DNA of 38,783 bases from a candidate division WOR-3 bacterium (GTDB lineage: Bacteria > Hydrothermota > Hydrothermia > JBDRYB01), in the NCBI GenBank assembly GCA_039803205.1, contig JBDRYB010000019.1, forward strand, positions 1 to 38,783, in the 5' to 3' direction. Positions within the stretch are counted from its first letter, which is position 1, and each line of letters begins with the position of its first letter. Position numbers and translations under genes: made by a program. This document shows positions 1 to 9,923 of this stretch, piece by piece. Below the pieces are notes generated by a model. It had not been told where the DNA came from. It worked only from the letters and a program-made list of their open reading frames with translations, and searched no databases.

Positions 1-358
1 GTATCGGAAGATCATCGCCTATGGGAGCGTATGAGTTCCAGGCCTCATTCAAGATGTGTCCGTCCACCAGAACGAGAAAGCGAGTGTTCCAGTCCTCCGG
101 AAACAGAAAACCTCTAGATGAAGCAAACTGGTATGTTCGGTCTGTGGATGCGAATGTGCTCATAGCATAATCTAGGACTTCGGCCAGGGTCCTGAGGCCG
201 AGGAGTTCGATCTCCTCCCTCGTTACCACAGCTACCGAGGCCGGGGCCTCTCTGATGGTCTCCTCATACCTAGAAACCGCCTCAACCCGGATGTTCATGA
301 GCTCCTCTAGGCTCATCTCCTCGTAGCCTGCCTGTGCTATTAGGAGCACAATCAACAT
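1..358 (-). CDS. TonB-dependent receptor, N-terminal plug region (partial, runs off the window)
   Basis: Manual translation from ATG 358: MLIVLLIAQAGYEEMSLEELMNIRVEAVSRYEETIREAPASVAVVTREEIELLGLRTLAEVL...SRGF...NTRFLVLVDGHILN, a typical plug-domain pattern. SD GGAGGG lies just upstream. Not in the ORF track because it is open-ended. Confidence 0.85.
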   Translation of the reverse strand, partial: MLIVLLIAQAGYEEMSLEELMNIRVEAVSRYEETIREAPASVAVVTREEIELLGLRTLAEVLDYAMSTFASTDRTYQFASSRGFLFPEDWNTRFLVLVDGHILNEAWNSYAPIGDDLPI

Positions 359-383
359 GTTATTCCCTCCGAACGCGCGAGAT

Positions 384-413
384 AGGATAAAGGGGCCAAG
401 GGGGGTAATTCAA
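384..413 (-). promoter_or_regulatory. sigma70-like promoter for the TonB receptor (TTGAAT-18-TATCCT)
   Basis: Hexamers read directly on the minus strand upstream of the SD. Confidence 0.5.
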
Positions 414-444
414 ACAGAAAAGGCACTAGGCCCTGCCCTTACAA

Positions 445-450
445 TATAAT
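445..450 (+). promoter_or_regulatory. -10 box TATAAT 6 nt before the glyS GTG (leaderless)
   Basis: TATAAT-ttctcc-GTG with no SD in between. Confidence 0.65.
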
Positions 451-456
451 TTCTCC

Positions 457-2514
457 GTGCCTGATCTTCTTTTGGAAATAGGGACCGAGGAACTGCCCTC
501 CGGTTTCATAAAGATGGGGTTTTCCCAGATAAGGGAGAGAATTGAGAGTCTGCTCTCCGAAAACCGGATCGGTTTTCAGGGGGCAAAGGAATTCGGCACT
601 CCAAGGAGGCTTTCGGTTCTTTTCTCCGGGGTTGAAGAAAAGGGCGAGACGGCCGAAGAGGAGGTGCTCGGGCCCCCTGTTAAGGTTGCATTTGACGAAA
701 ACGGAAACCCAACCAGGGCCGCTCTAGGTTTCGCTGAGAAGCTCGGGGTGGATCCTTCGCTTCTCATAAGGGTAAAAACTGAAAAGGGGGAATACATAGC
801 CGCTCTCGTGAAAAGAGGGGGAGCTGAAACGAAAACCCTCCTTGTGAACGCAATTCCCGGCATAATTAAGGGGCTTGAATTCCCAAAAACGATGTCCTGG
901 GGCAAATCATTGAGGTTCCCAAGGCCAATAAGGTGGGTTCTCGCTCTATGGGGGCAAGAGACCCTTGAGTTTGAGATGGACGGCATCCGCTCCGGGAACA
1001 CAACCAGAGGCCACAGGCTCCTGTCCCCAGGCCCCATTGAAATAGCCGATCCAATGGATTACGAGCCCTCTTTGAAAAAGGCATTCGTGATCCCATCATG
1101 GGAGGAAAGAAAAGCGCTGGTTTTGAAGAGGGTGAAGGAGAGCGCGGGGGAATTTGGCGAGCCGATTGAGGATCCGGATCTGGCCGAGGAGGTCACGGGC
1201 CTCGTTGAGTGGCCGGACGCGGTCGTTGGCCGTTTCCCAGAAGAATACCTCGTTCTCCCGGATGAGATAATAATCCAGGCTATGAAGGCTCACCAGAGGT
1301 ATTTCGCCGTGAAGGGAAGGGACGGCAAGCTCGCGCCCATCTTCGTCGCGGTCATAAACAACATCTCTGACAAAGAGGATCTTATAACACCGGGGCTTGA
1401 GGGTGTCCTCGTTGCCCGGCTTGAGGATGCGGCCTTCTATTTCCGAGAGGACACCAAGAGGCCGCTTGCTTCCTACAAGGATGAGCTCATGAGGATGAAA
1501 TGGGGACCGTGGACGGTTCAGGAGAAAACCGAGAGGGTGAGGGCCCTGGCCACTAAGATAGCTCAAGGTTTGGGCGCCGACGAGGAGATCGTTAGCCGCG
1601 CCGCGGAGCTTTACCTTTGCGACCTCGCCACTTCCATGATAAGGGATGGAAAGGAGTTCACCGAGCTTGAGGGAGTAGTTGGGTTCTATTACGCTCTTAG
1701 ATCCGGCGAATCAAACGAGGTTGCGCTGGCAATAAGGGATTCAAGATTGCCGAGGTTCTCAGGCGATGCTATTCCAGAGACAAAAGAGGGGCTTGCCCTT
1801 TCCTTGGCGGATAAGCTGGATACCCTCCTCGGGGCCCTATCAGTTGGCTATGAGCCAAGCCCGACAAAGGACCCCTTGGGCATAAGAAGGACGATCTACG
1901 CGATCATTGAGCTTATCCTGGAGGGAAGGCTCCACCTAGATGCTACAGAACTTCTGGCTTGGGCTGATGAGCCCTTTGGGGGCAAAGAGATCGAGAAGGC
2001 TCGGGCTCTCCTGTTTTCTAGGCTTGAGAACTACCTTGAGGAGAAGGAAGGGATACGCTACGACATGGTTGATTCCGCCATAGGTTCAGGCTCATCTGAT
2101 ATATATGATATAGCTGAGAGGGCGAGGGCTCTCTGGAACGCTTATACCCGCGATGAGGAGACCTTCAGGGCTATTGCTGTCGGTCAAAAACGGGTTCACA
2201 AGATCCTAGAAGGGATTGGTGGGCTTCCGGAACCGAGCCCGGGCCTCTTTGAAAAGCCTGAGGAGCAAGAGCTTTTCCGGGCCGTTGGAGAGATAGCCGG
2301 CCCCCTATCAAAGGCCCTCGCGAACAGGGATTATCCAGAGGCCATCTCTATCCTCGTTGCACTGAAACCGAGGATAGACGCCTTCTTTGACAATGTCTTT
2401 GTAATGGTTAACGATGAGAAAATAAGAAGGAATCGACTTGCCCTCCTCACAGAGGTGAGAAGGTTGTTCTTATCCTACGGTGACCTGTCCAGGATAGTAG
2501 TGGAAGGCAGTTGA
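457..2514 (+). CDS. glyS: glycine--tRNA ligase beta subunit
   Basis: LLLEIGTEELP N-terminus, TPRRL, GPP, RFPRPIRW, HQRYF, ARLEDAAF, DPLGIRR, and C-terminal FFDNVFVM...RRNRLALL anticodon-binding domain. Confidence 0.97.
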   Translation: MPDLLLEIGTEELPSGFIKMGFSQIRERIESLLSENRIGFQGAKEFGTPRRLSVLFSGVEEKGETAEEEVLGPPVKVAFDENGNPTRAALGFAEKLGVDPSLLIRVKTEKGEYIAALVKRGGAETKTLLVNAIPGIIKGLEFPKTMSWGKSLRFPRPIRWVLALWGQETLEFEMDGIRSGNTTRGHRLLSPGPIEIADPMDYEPSLKKAFVIPSWEERKALVLKRVKESAGEFGEPIEDPDLAEEVTGLVEWPDAVVGRFPEEYLVLPDEIIIQAMKAHQRYFAVKGRDGKLAPIFVAVINNISDKEDLITPGLEGVLVARLEDAAFYFREDTKRPLASYKDELMRMKWGPWTVQEKTERVRALATKIAQGLGADEEIVSRAAELYLCDLATSMIRDGKEFTELEGVVGFYYALRSGESNEVALAIRDSRLPRFSGDAIPETKEGLALSLADKLDTLLGALSVGYEPSPTKDPLGIRRTIYAIIELILEGRLHLDATELLAWADEPFGGKEIEKARALLFSRLENYLEEKEGIRYDMVDSAIGSGSSDIYDIAERARALWNAYTRDEETFRAIAVGQKRVHKILEGIGGLPEPSPGLFEKPEEQELFRAVGEIAGPLSKALANRDYPEAISILVALKPRIDAFFDNVFVMVNDEKIRRNRLALLTEVRRLFLSYGDLSRIVVEGS

Positions 2515-3785
2515 TGAGAGTTCCAGCGGCCCCGTTGGTTTTCGCATTCGTGTTCCTCGTGGGAATGACCCTTGGCCTAATTGTCCTCGCATCCAACCCT
2601 GGAATCGCTTATACCCCTGATTCCGCTGAGTATCTTGCTGGTGCAGAGGACATCGTAAAACACGGCATCTCAGTCCTTTTCAATCCTCCGACCCATCCCG
2701 AATTTGCCATGAGCGTGCTCTGGTTCAGTCGCCCGCCAGCCTATCCTGCCCTCCTGGCCCTATTAGCTCGGTTGCCCCTTGTTTCTACGGAGGCATGGAA
2801 CTTCATTGTCCTCTGGAGCCTGACCATGCTGACGGTTATATCCCTGTATCTTTTTCTCAAAAGGAAAATAAGGGGCGGTTGGGTTCCTGCGGTTGTGCTA
2901 CCTGCGATCTCATTGCCCTGGGCCACGAGCATCATGGCCGACAACGCGTTTTTCCTGGCTATTGGCCTCTTTCTCATTGCATTTCTCTGCTTCCTGGAAG
3001 AACCCGTCTGGGCCAGAGCTCTTCTGGTTATCCTTATGGGAGCTCTCTCTGGGTTCACGAAACCGGTTGGCGCTTTCGCATGTATCATAGTTGCCCTTGC
3101 TGGACTCCTTGACAGGAGGGCCAGGCCGCTGAGCGCGATGATCGCCTCTGTTCTCGTCGCTATCGTGGTTCTTTGGTCATACAGGAATCAAACCCTCTAC
3201 GGCAGATTCCTTTTCTCCCAGGTCACAGATCTCAATATGGCTTTCTTCAACTATCCAGCGCTCCTTGCGCAGGAGACTGGAGTGAGGGAATGGAAACTCA
3301 GGGATTCTCTGATGCGGGATTTCGGGCGGGAGGTCTCTGAGAGAGGAATATCAAGCGATGACAGGGCAAAAACCCTGCTGCTGGCGGAGACAGCGGGATC
3401 TGCAACGAGGTATATAATGGCAAAACCTTTTGATTATGCTATCTGCCACATGAGGTATCTGCCCCGCGCCCTCGGTAGCCCGGTCATCTCGCTGGGAGGC
3501 AAACCTGGCCCCGGAGGTTTCTCACCTTTTGGCCTAATAAATGTTTTTGCCCGAGCGGCCTCTTTTCTCCTCGCAATCCTGGGCATTCCTTTCTGGTGGA
3601 AAAGGGATAGGGTTCAGTTCGCCGCACTGGTAGCAGGGGCCCTTTGGCTCGTTCTGAGCATGGGCCCCGCGGGGGATGACAGGACGAGCCTGCCGGGTTT
3701 GCTCTTTGTTTCCGTGCTGGCGCAGGGGGGATGGTTGGTCATAAAAACGAAGCTGATTGCAAGCGGTCATGGTAATGTGCGATAA
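2514..3785 (+). CDS. polytopic membrane protein, GT-C/ArnT-like glycosyltransferase fold likely
   Basis: TGATG overlap with the glyS stop. Many TM segments; N-terminal TM followed by TPDSAEY and RPPAYP, later TKP. Confidence 0.55.
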   Translation: MRVPAAPLVFAFVFLVGMTLGLIVLASNPGIAYTPDSAEYLAGAEDIVKHGISVLFNPPTHPEFAMSVLWFSRPPAYPALLALLARLPLVSTEAWNFIVLWSLTMLTVISLYLFLKRKIRGGWVPAVVLPAISLPWATSIMADNAFFLAIGLFLIAFLCFLEEPVWARALLVILMGALSGFTKPVGAFACIIVALAGLLDRRARPLSAMIASVLVAIVVLWSYRNQTLYGRFLFSQVTDLNMAFFNYPALLAQETGVREWKLRDSLMRDFGREVSERGISSDDRAKTLLLAETAGSATRYIMAKPFDYAICHMRYLPRALGSPVISLGGKPGPGGFSPFGLINVFARAASFLLAILGIPFWWKRDRVQFAALVAGALWLVLSMGPAGDDRTSLPGLLFVSVLAQGGWLVIKTKLIASGHGNVR

Positions 3786-3809
3786 TTGAACCCTGAAGGA
3801 GAACAAGAC

Positions 3810-4664
3810 ATGGAAACCGAATGCAGGCCCCCGGCCGGAGTAGCGGAGCAATTAACGCAGGATGTGTGCGTCAGAAAGGCCCAGCTGGGCTTCTGGAAAA
3901 TGGTGGTTCTCGGGATACTGGCTGGGGCATACATAGCCTTTGGCGCAGAGCTTTCTACCCTTGTGGGTCATGACCTCGCTGGGTATATGGGCGTTGGTCT
4001 CGCCAGGCTCTTACAGGGAGCCGCTTTCTCAGTTGGCCTGATGCTCGTGGTCATTGCTGGGGCCGAGCTCTTCACCGGGAACAACCTGTTGATGCTCTCG
4101 GTTCTCGATAGAAAGGTCAGCCCTTGGAGGCTTCTCTACAATTGGCTCGTGGTCTACTGTGCGAACCTCGCTGGTTCGCTCCTTCTGGTTCTGCTCATAT
4201 ACTGGTCCGGCCTTTGGAAGATGAACAATTACGGTGTCGGTATCTATGCCATGGGGATAGCCAACGCGAAGGTCAACCTCGGTTTCCTTGAGGCATTTGC
4301 CAGGGGTGTCGGATGCAACTGGCTCGTATGCCTCGCGATCTGGATGGCCACGGCATCCCGGAGTGTCATAGGAAAGATATTCGCCATATTTTTCCCGATA
4401 ACGGCCTTCGTGGCGTCCGGTTTTGAACACTCGGTCGCGAACATGTATTTCATCCCCATAGGGATACTCATGAAGGGCATACCCTCTGTTCTGTCTGCTT
4501 CTGGGAACCCAACGGACCTCTCCAACCTCTCCTGGTATGGCTTTTTCGTCAGAAACCTCGTCCCAGTGACCCTGGGGAACATCGTCGGAGGCGCTGGATT
4601 CGTCGCTGGCTTATACTGGTTGGCCTATATGTGCAAGGGAAGGGTCGGGCGCGGAACGGATTAA
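3810..4664 (+). CDS. formate/nitrite transporter (FNT family, FdhC/FocA-like)
   Basis: GILAGAYIAFG, GAELFTGN, CNWLVCLAIW, GFEHSVANM, VTLGNIVGG motifs. SD GAAGGAG precedes ATG 3810. Confidence 0.93.
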   Translation: METECRPPAGVAEQLTQDVCVRKAQLGFWKMVVLGILAGAYIAFGAELSTLVGHDLAGYMGVGLARLLQGAAFSVGLMLVVIAGAELFTGNNLLMLSVLDRKVSPWRLLYNWLVVYCANLAGSLLLVLLIYWSGLWKMNNYGVGIYAMGIANAKVNLGFLEAFARGVGCNWLVCLAIWMATASRSVIGKIFAIFFPITAFVASGFEHSVANMYFIPIGILMKGIPSVLSASGNPTDLSNLSWYGFFVRNLVPVTLGNIVGGAGFVAGLYWLAYMCKGRVGRGTD

Positions 4665-5590
4665 GAGCCGCCCGTTTTGCTTCTCAACCAGGATAAGGAC
4701 ATACTCTTGATGTTTCTGATGAAGTTAGGGAATTCCCGGAACAGAAACCCCCAGAACGGCAATCCGTGTTCTCTGGCAAAACCCCTCGCGTAGCGAAACC
4801 TACCGAAAGATAGCCATGTTCTCAGGTATCTCTCCGCATCCAGGGCCCTGAGCCTCAAGAAGCTCTCGTAAAGTGGGTTTTTCCTGAACTCCTCTGGCAC
4901 GGGCATGAACTCCTCGGAGAATATCCAGGGCTTAGGCTTGCCGAGGAACCACCTCGCGCTTAGCCTGCCCGGATGCTCCTGATGGTAGATGGCCAGGGCT
5001 TCCGGTATATACCCAACAGGGCTCCTCATCGCCATCCTCACCCAGAGGTTTATGTCCTCACCGACAGCGAGACTGCAGTCAAAACCCCCTGTTTCAAAAT
5101 AGGCCTCTTTTCTCATCATGATAGCCGAGGTCCACGCAAACGAAACCTTTTCCCACAGGGCAAACGGGTTAACTATGCCTTCCCCAACATCCACCACAAC
5201 CCTTATGTGGCTCTTTTTCCGGTGTATCTCGTAACCGGTTGCGACAAAACCAGCCTCAGGGTAGTTTCTCAGGAACCCCAGGCATCTCTCAAGAAAACGA
5301 GGTTTCCACTCATCATCGGCGTCTAGGAACGCTATCAGAGTGCCAGCGGATACCCTTATGCCCGCATCCCTGGCTATTGACGGCCCCGAGTTCCTCTCGG
5401 TTCTGAGGAGCCTTATCCTTGGGTCTGAGAATTTTCTTACCTCATCCGGCCCCTCATCAGTTGAGCAATCGTCAACCACGACTATCTCAAAATCCTGAAA
5501 GCCCTGGCTTAGGATGCTCTCTATTGCCCTGGAAACGAGCCTACCTTTGTTGTAAAGGGAGATGATAACCGAGACCAGGGGTTCTCTCAT
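4661..5590 (-). CDS. glycosyltransferase family 2
   Basis: VSVIISLYN, VVDDCSTD, FLDADD, GED motifs. Start moved to ATG 5590, which lies 7 nt after a TATAAT. Confidence 0.9.
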   Translation of the reverse strand: MREPLVSVIISLYNKGRLVSRAIESILSQGFQDFEIVVVDDCSTDEGPDEVRKFSDPRIRLLRTERNSGPSIARDAGIRVSAGTLIAFLDADDEWKPRFLERCLGFLRNYPEAGFVATGYEIHRKKSHIRVVVDVGEGIVNPFALWEKVSFAWTSAIMMRKEAYFETGGFDCSLAVGEDINLWVRMAMRSPVGYIPEALAIYHQEHPGRLSARWFLGKPKPWIFSEEFMPVPEEFRKNPLYESFLRLRALDAERYLRTWLSFGRFRYARGFAREHGLPFWGFLFREFPNFIRNIKSMSLSWLRSKTGGS

Positions 5591-5669
5591 GGAGAATATT
5601 ATAGATCCGAGAGCTTGATCCAGCCCAGGCCCAGGCATTATAAATTTGAACAAACAAAAAGGAGCGATC

Positions 5670-8600
5670 ATGTTTGGAGTATTTCTTCTATTTGCAATGG
5701 GGGCTGAGGAGGGGCTTTCCCTTCTCAGATCGGGCGATTGGGGTCTGGAGGCCTTGTTGTCGGTTCCGGCTCCGGCTCTTTCCGAAACCCGGAGGAATGG
5801 GAATGCTTATCTGACCGTCAGATACGAATCCATAGAGCACGAGTTCACAAACGAGGCCGGGCTTCCGCAACTGCCGGTTTTCCGGAGGATAATAGAGGTT
5901 CCTGCTGGAGCAAATGTTCAAGTGAGCATAGATGTCCAAGCCGAAGGGAGCATGAGCGTGGAGCGCGAGGTTATCCCCCTCCAGCCGCCAGTGCCCAAGT
6001 CCGGCCCCCCTCCGGCCTTTGTGATGGACAAGAAGTTCTACAGCACTGATGAGTTCTGGCCCTCAGAGCATATAAAGGTTGAACGCGTGGGCAACATGCA
6101 CGGCCACGAGCTCTGGCTCCTTGAGGTTATGCCCGTATCCTACAACCCCGTAAGGGGTGAGCTTCGTTACATCACATCCGGAACCCTAAAGATCATATTC
6201 ACGGGAGGCGCAGGCTTCAGGGAAGACAAAACCCCGATGGGCGAGCTCGTCTCAAAGATAGCCTGGAACAGGCCCTCTGTAAAGGCTGTTCCCCCTCTTG
6301 ATATAGGATACCTCATCATCGTGCCGGACACCATGTATAACACCGTGCTTCCCCTGGCAAACTGGAAAAGGGAGAAGGGTTATAGGGTAAAGGTTGCCAA
6401 GACATCGGAGACCGGAACCAGCACTACATCAATAAAGAACTACATTCAGAACCTATACAACAACTGGGAGTATGACCTGCAATTCGTTTTGCTCATAGGC
6501 GACCACGGAAACGGGGTTCCGGGTTGGCCGGGAAACTACGCTAATACCGATCTTTATTACGCTTGCCTGGAAAACATGGGCGACCCTGACTATGTCCCTG
6601 ATGTCTGGATAGGAAGGCTTTCTGCCGCGAGCAACTCCCAGCTATCAGCCGTGATCTCAAAGATCCTAACCTACGAAACGGTTAATTGGCCAACTAGCGC
6701 CTGGGCGCAAAAGGCCTACTTTATGGCATCCGATGACCCAAACTGGCATCAGGTCGCGGAGGGAACCCACCTATACTGCATGGCAAAGGCCCGCTCGCAC
6801 GGGATGATCTGCGATTCTCTCTGGGATTATTATGGCACAGGAACCCCAATAACTACTGCAATAAACGGTGGCCGCTCCCAGGCTACATACTCGGGGCACG
6901 GCTACTCAACCGGATGGGCAGGGCCTTCGTTCTCAAACTCAGAGGTCTACGCTCTTTCAAATGGCCACATGCTCCCCCTCATTCAATCATACGCGTGCGA
7001 GACAGGGGATTACCAGGGAACCGACGAGTGTTTCATGGAGGCTTGGATAAGGGCGCCCAACAGGGGCGCGATAGCCTCGTGGGGAAGCTCCGTCACATCC
7101 TACTGGGATGAGGATGACATCCTTCAGAGAAGGGTCTATGACTGGCTCTTTGACAGCACGGTCACATGGATGATGGGGTTCTTGACGGGCGGGAAGATGG
7201 GACTCCTCGCTTACTACGGCAACACATCAACCATACACAGATACTTTGAGCAGTATAACCTGTTTGGAGACCCATCCACGGATATATTCACCCTTGTCCC
7301 AAAGGAAATAGACGCGAGCTACGCGCCCATCCCGCCAGGCCCATCCGTTATGAATGTCTATGTCTCGGACGATCAGGGCGCTCTCAAGGACGCTCTCGTC
7401 TGCGTCTGGCAGAAGGACAGGAACTCGGGTGATACCATAGCCATAATAGGCGTAGCTTATTCAAACGCCTCAGGTCTAGCGGCTGTCTCGGTCAATCCCA
7501 TAGCAGTTGACACTGTCTTCGTCACGGCTACAGCTTACAACCACAAGCCTCACCGTGGATTCACCCTGGTAATATCCAACGAGCCATATGTCGTGCCAGT
7601 TCGCTACAGGCTTGATGATGGGGCTGGAAACGGGGATACCATCCCGAATCCTGGCGAAACAGTGGACCTTTACTACACCTTCAAGAACTTCGGCTCTCAG
7701 CCTGCGTATGGGGTTGAGGCGAAGCTCCGCGAGACTGACCCGAACATCACCCTGACAGATTCTGTGAGCAACATAGGGAATCTGCCCCCGGGGGATTCAA
7801 CCGTCTCAACGGACAAATTCACCTTCTCGTCCGTTCCGGGCCTCCCGGACGCTTACCAGGCCCAGTTCAGCATGGTGATAACGGATAACGCGGCCCACCA
7901 GTGGACATTCCCTGTAAGGATACTGCTTGGGACCCCAGTTTTTGAGATCGCTTCAATCCTGGTTGATGACCAGGGCCAGCCAAAGCCAAACTACAAGCTT
8001 GATCCGGGCGAAACGGCAAAGCTCTTCATAGAGCTCAGGGACATAGGCCACGGCCACGGCTACGGGGTCACCGGAACCCTGAGGACAACCCACAGCTTGG
8101 TAAGCATAAGCGATTCAACAGGAGCGTGGGGAGACATAAGGGTGAACCAGTCAGCCTCAAACCTCGGGGATTGGTTCGTGGTGACAGCTGATCCCTCAAT
8201 ACCCATAGAGGATACGATCCGGTTTACCCTGATAACTCGGACGGTTGACGGATACGCCGATACCCTCAGCTTCTACCTCGTTGTTGGAGAGATAACCGAG
8301 CATGACCCGATTGGCCCTGATCCCTATGGATACTACGCATACGATCAGACCGACACCCTCTATACCGAGTGTCCAAGCTACAACTGGTTTGAGATAAGCG
8401 GCATTGGAACCGAACTGAACCTTGATGACGATGACATAGCCACCTTGGCCCTGCCGTTCACCTTCAAGTATTACGGGACCAATTACAGCCAGGTTTCTGT
8501 TTGCTCAAACGGGTTCGCGATAATGGGCTCTTCAACGAACACGGCTTGGACCAACGAGCAATTGCCCTCATCCAACGCCTACAAGATGATAGCCGGTTTG

Positions 8601-9266
8601 TGGGATGACCTTGCTCCATATTACGGCGGTGGCGGCGGCTATGTCTATTACTACAACGATGCGGCAGGCCACCAATTCATCGTGGAGTGGTATCAGGTTG
8701 AGGATTACTCAACTGGCTCGCCGAACACCTTCCAGATAGTGCTTTCTGATCCCGCGTATAACCCGACCATAACCGGAGATGGCGAGATATTCTGCTACTA
8801 CCAGGCCGCGCCATCGGTTGCTGATGGAACCCTGGGCATCCAGGACAACAACATGACCAACTATCTGCTTTATGCCTACAATAACAACTACTCAAGGGGT
8901 GCCGCTCCGGTTGAGCCGCCGTTTGCCCTTAAATACACAACCGATCCCCCGGTTATACAAGGGACAGAGGAGACCGCGAGCCTGCCTAAGGCCTTCGGTT
9001 TTGCCTTGGCTGGCCCAAATCCAGCAAAGGGAACCGCGAGGTTCAGCCTATCGGTTCCAGTGAGCACGCGGGTCTCGGTCAATGTCTACGATGTATCCGG
9101 AAGACGCGTGGCCACCCTCATGGATGGCAAGCGCGAGCCAGGGGTCTACACCATTCTTTGGTCAGGCAGATCATCGGCCGGAACCCAGGTTGGCCAGGGA
9201 GTATACCTCATAAGGGCTGAGGCCGGCGACTTCGTCAGAACCCTGAAGATCCTCTGGTTGAGATAG
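5670..9266 (+). CDS. gingipain-like C25 cysteine peptidase with propeptide, Ig-like repeats and T9SS/FlgD-like C-terminal domain
   Basis: GLPQLP propeptide, YLIIVPD, FVLLIGD, DVWIGRL, catalytic SGHG and YAC motifs, YNLFGDP; C-terminal YDVSGRRVATL...GVYLIR. SD AAGGAG before ATG 5670. Confidence 0.9.
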   Translation: MFGVFLLFAMGAEEGLSLLRSGDWGLEALLSVPAPALSETRRNGNAYLTVRYESIEHEFTNEAGLPQLPVFRRIIEVPAGANVQVSIDVQAEGSMSVEREVIPLQPPVPKSGPPPAFVMDKKFYSTDEFWPSEHIKVERVGNMHGHELWLLEVMPVSYNPVRGELRYITSGTLKIIFTGGAGFREDKTPMGELVSKIAWNRPSVKAVPPLDIGYLIIVPDTMYNTVLPLANWKREKGYRVKVAKTSETGTSTTSIKNYIQNLYNNWEYDLQFVLLIGDHGNGVPGWPGNYANTDLYYACLENMGDPDYVPDVWIGRLSAASNSQLSAVISKILTYETVNWPTSAWAQKAYFMASDDPNWHQVAEGTHLYCMAKARSHGMICDSLWDYYGTGTPITTAINGGRSQATYSGHGYSTGWAGPSFSNSEVYALSNGHMLPLIQSYACETGDYQGTDECFMEAWIRAPNRGAIASWGSSVTSYWDEDDILQRRVYDWLFDSTVTWMMGFLTGGKMGLLAYYGNTSTIHRYFEQYNLFGDPSTDIFTLVPKEIDASYAPIPPGPSVMNVYVSDDQGALKDALVCVWQKDRNSGDTIAIIGVAYSNASGLAAVSVNPIAVDTVFVTATAYNHKPHRGFTLVISNEPYVVPVRYRLDDGAGNGDTIPNPGETVDLYYTFKNFGSQPAYGVEAKLRETDPNITLTDSVSNIGNLPPGDSTVSTDKFTFSSVPGLPDAYQAQFSMVITDNAAHQWTFPVRILLGTPVFEIASILVDDQGQPKPNYKLDPGETAKLFIELRDIGHGHGYGVTGTLRTTHSLVSISDSTGAWGDIRVNQSASNLGDWFVVTADPSIPIEDTIRFTLITRTVDGYADTLSFYLVVGEITEHDPIGPDPYGYYAYDQTDTLYTECPSYNWFEISGIGTELNLDDDDIATLALPFTFKYYGTNYSQVSVCSNGFAIMGSSTNTAWTNEQLPSSNAYKMIAGLWDDLAPYYGGGGGYVYYYNDAAGHQFIVEWYQVEDYSTGSPNTFQIVLSDPAYNPTITGDGEIFCYYQAAPSVADGTLGIQDNNMTNYLLYAYNNNYSRGAAPVEPPFALKYTTDPPVIQGTEETASLPKAFGFALAGPNPAKGTARFSLSVPVSTRVSVNVYDVSGRRVATLMDGKREPGVYTILWSGRSSAGTQVGQGVYLIRAEAGDFVRTLKILWLR

Positions 9267-9275
9267 GTAGAACCC

Positions 9276-9325
9276 TCCGGATTCCCGGGCGCCTTAGAGG
9301 CCACTCTCCGGACTGGGGGCTTGAA
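9276..9325. repeat. dispersed ~50-bp intergenic repeat, copy 1
   Basis: 41/50 identical by manual alignment to 38665-38714. Confidence 0.8.
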
Positions 9326-9335
9326 CCCAGAGGAA

Positions 9336-9923
9336 TCAGTTCCCGAGGAATAAGTTGACCCTTACTGCCCTGCCTGTTATCACCAGGTCCCTCGTGCCCT
9401 GCGCTCCTGGCTCAAAGAGCCCCGCGGGAACAGGCCCCGTTGTCCCCAAAACTGAGGCTTCTCCTTCAATCCAGAGATAACCCTTGATGCGCGCGGAGAG
9501 GAAGACCCCTGCTTCTCCTGACCAGGAAAGGGGTCTTATGACGCTTACCGTGTCGTTCAAGGGCGGTTCCCATCTGATCCACGAATAGCAGAGGCCCCCT
9601 GCCAGGTCCAGGCCAATCCTCAACCTGTCTTGGGGATTGAAGAACCTGAAGTGGGCCATACAAGGCGCGGAATAGAAATCGGCCCTTCCCCAAGTGCCCT
9701 GGAAATTGAAATACCTGAAGCCTAAAGAGAGTCCCCAGGACGAAGCGAGCCAGCTCGTTGTCCAGAAGGTATTATTGAGGAAAAACCTGGCATCCAGGGA
9801 CGGCCCAGCGCTCGCGTCCTGGCCTACCCTGTGCATAACCGTTGAATCAGGGAATGGCCAGGTTGAGCCAGCCGAAAGCCCTATGTTTCCAACACTCTCA
9901 GCGAAAAGTAGAACGAGGATCAT
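9336..9923 (-). CDS. probable small outer-membrane beta-barrel protein
   Basis: Start MILVLLFAES via ATGA overlap with the upstream gene's stop. Alternating hydrophobic strands rich in G and aromatic residues; ends VRVNLFLGN. Confidence 0.55.
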   Translation of the reverse strand: MILVLLFAESVGNIGLSAGSTWPFPDSTVMHRVGQDASAGPSLDARFFLNNTFWTTSWLASSWGLSLGFRYFNFQGTWGRADFYSAPCMAHFRFFNPQDRLRIGLDLAGGLCYSWIRWEPPLNDTVSVIRPLSWSGEAGVFLSARIKGYLWIEGEASVLGTTGPVPAGLFEPGAQGTRDLVITGRAVRVNLFLGN

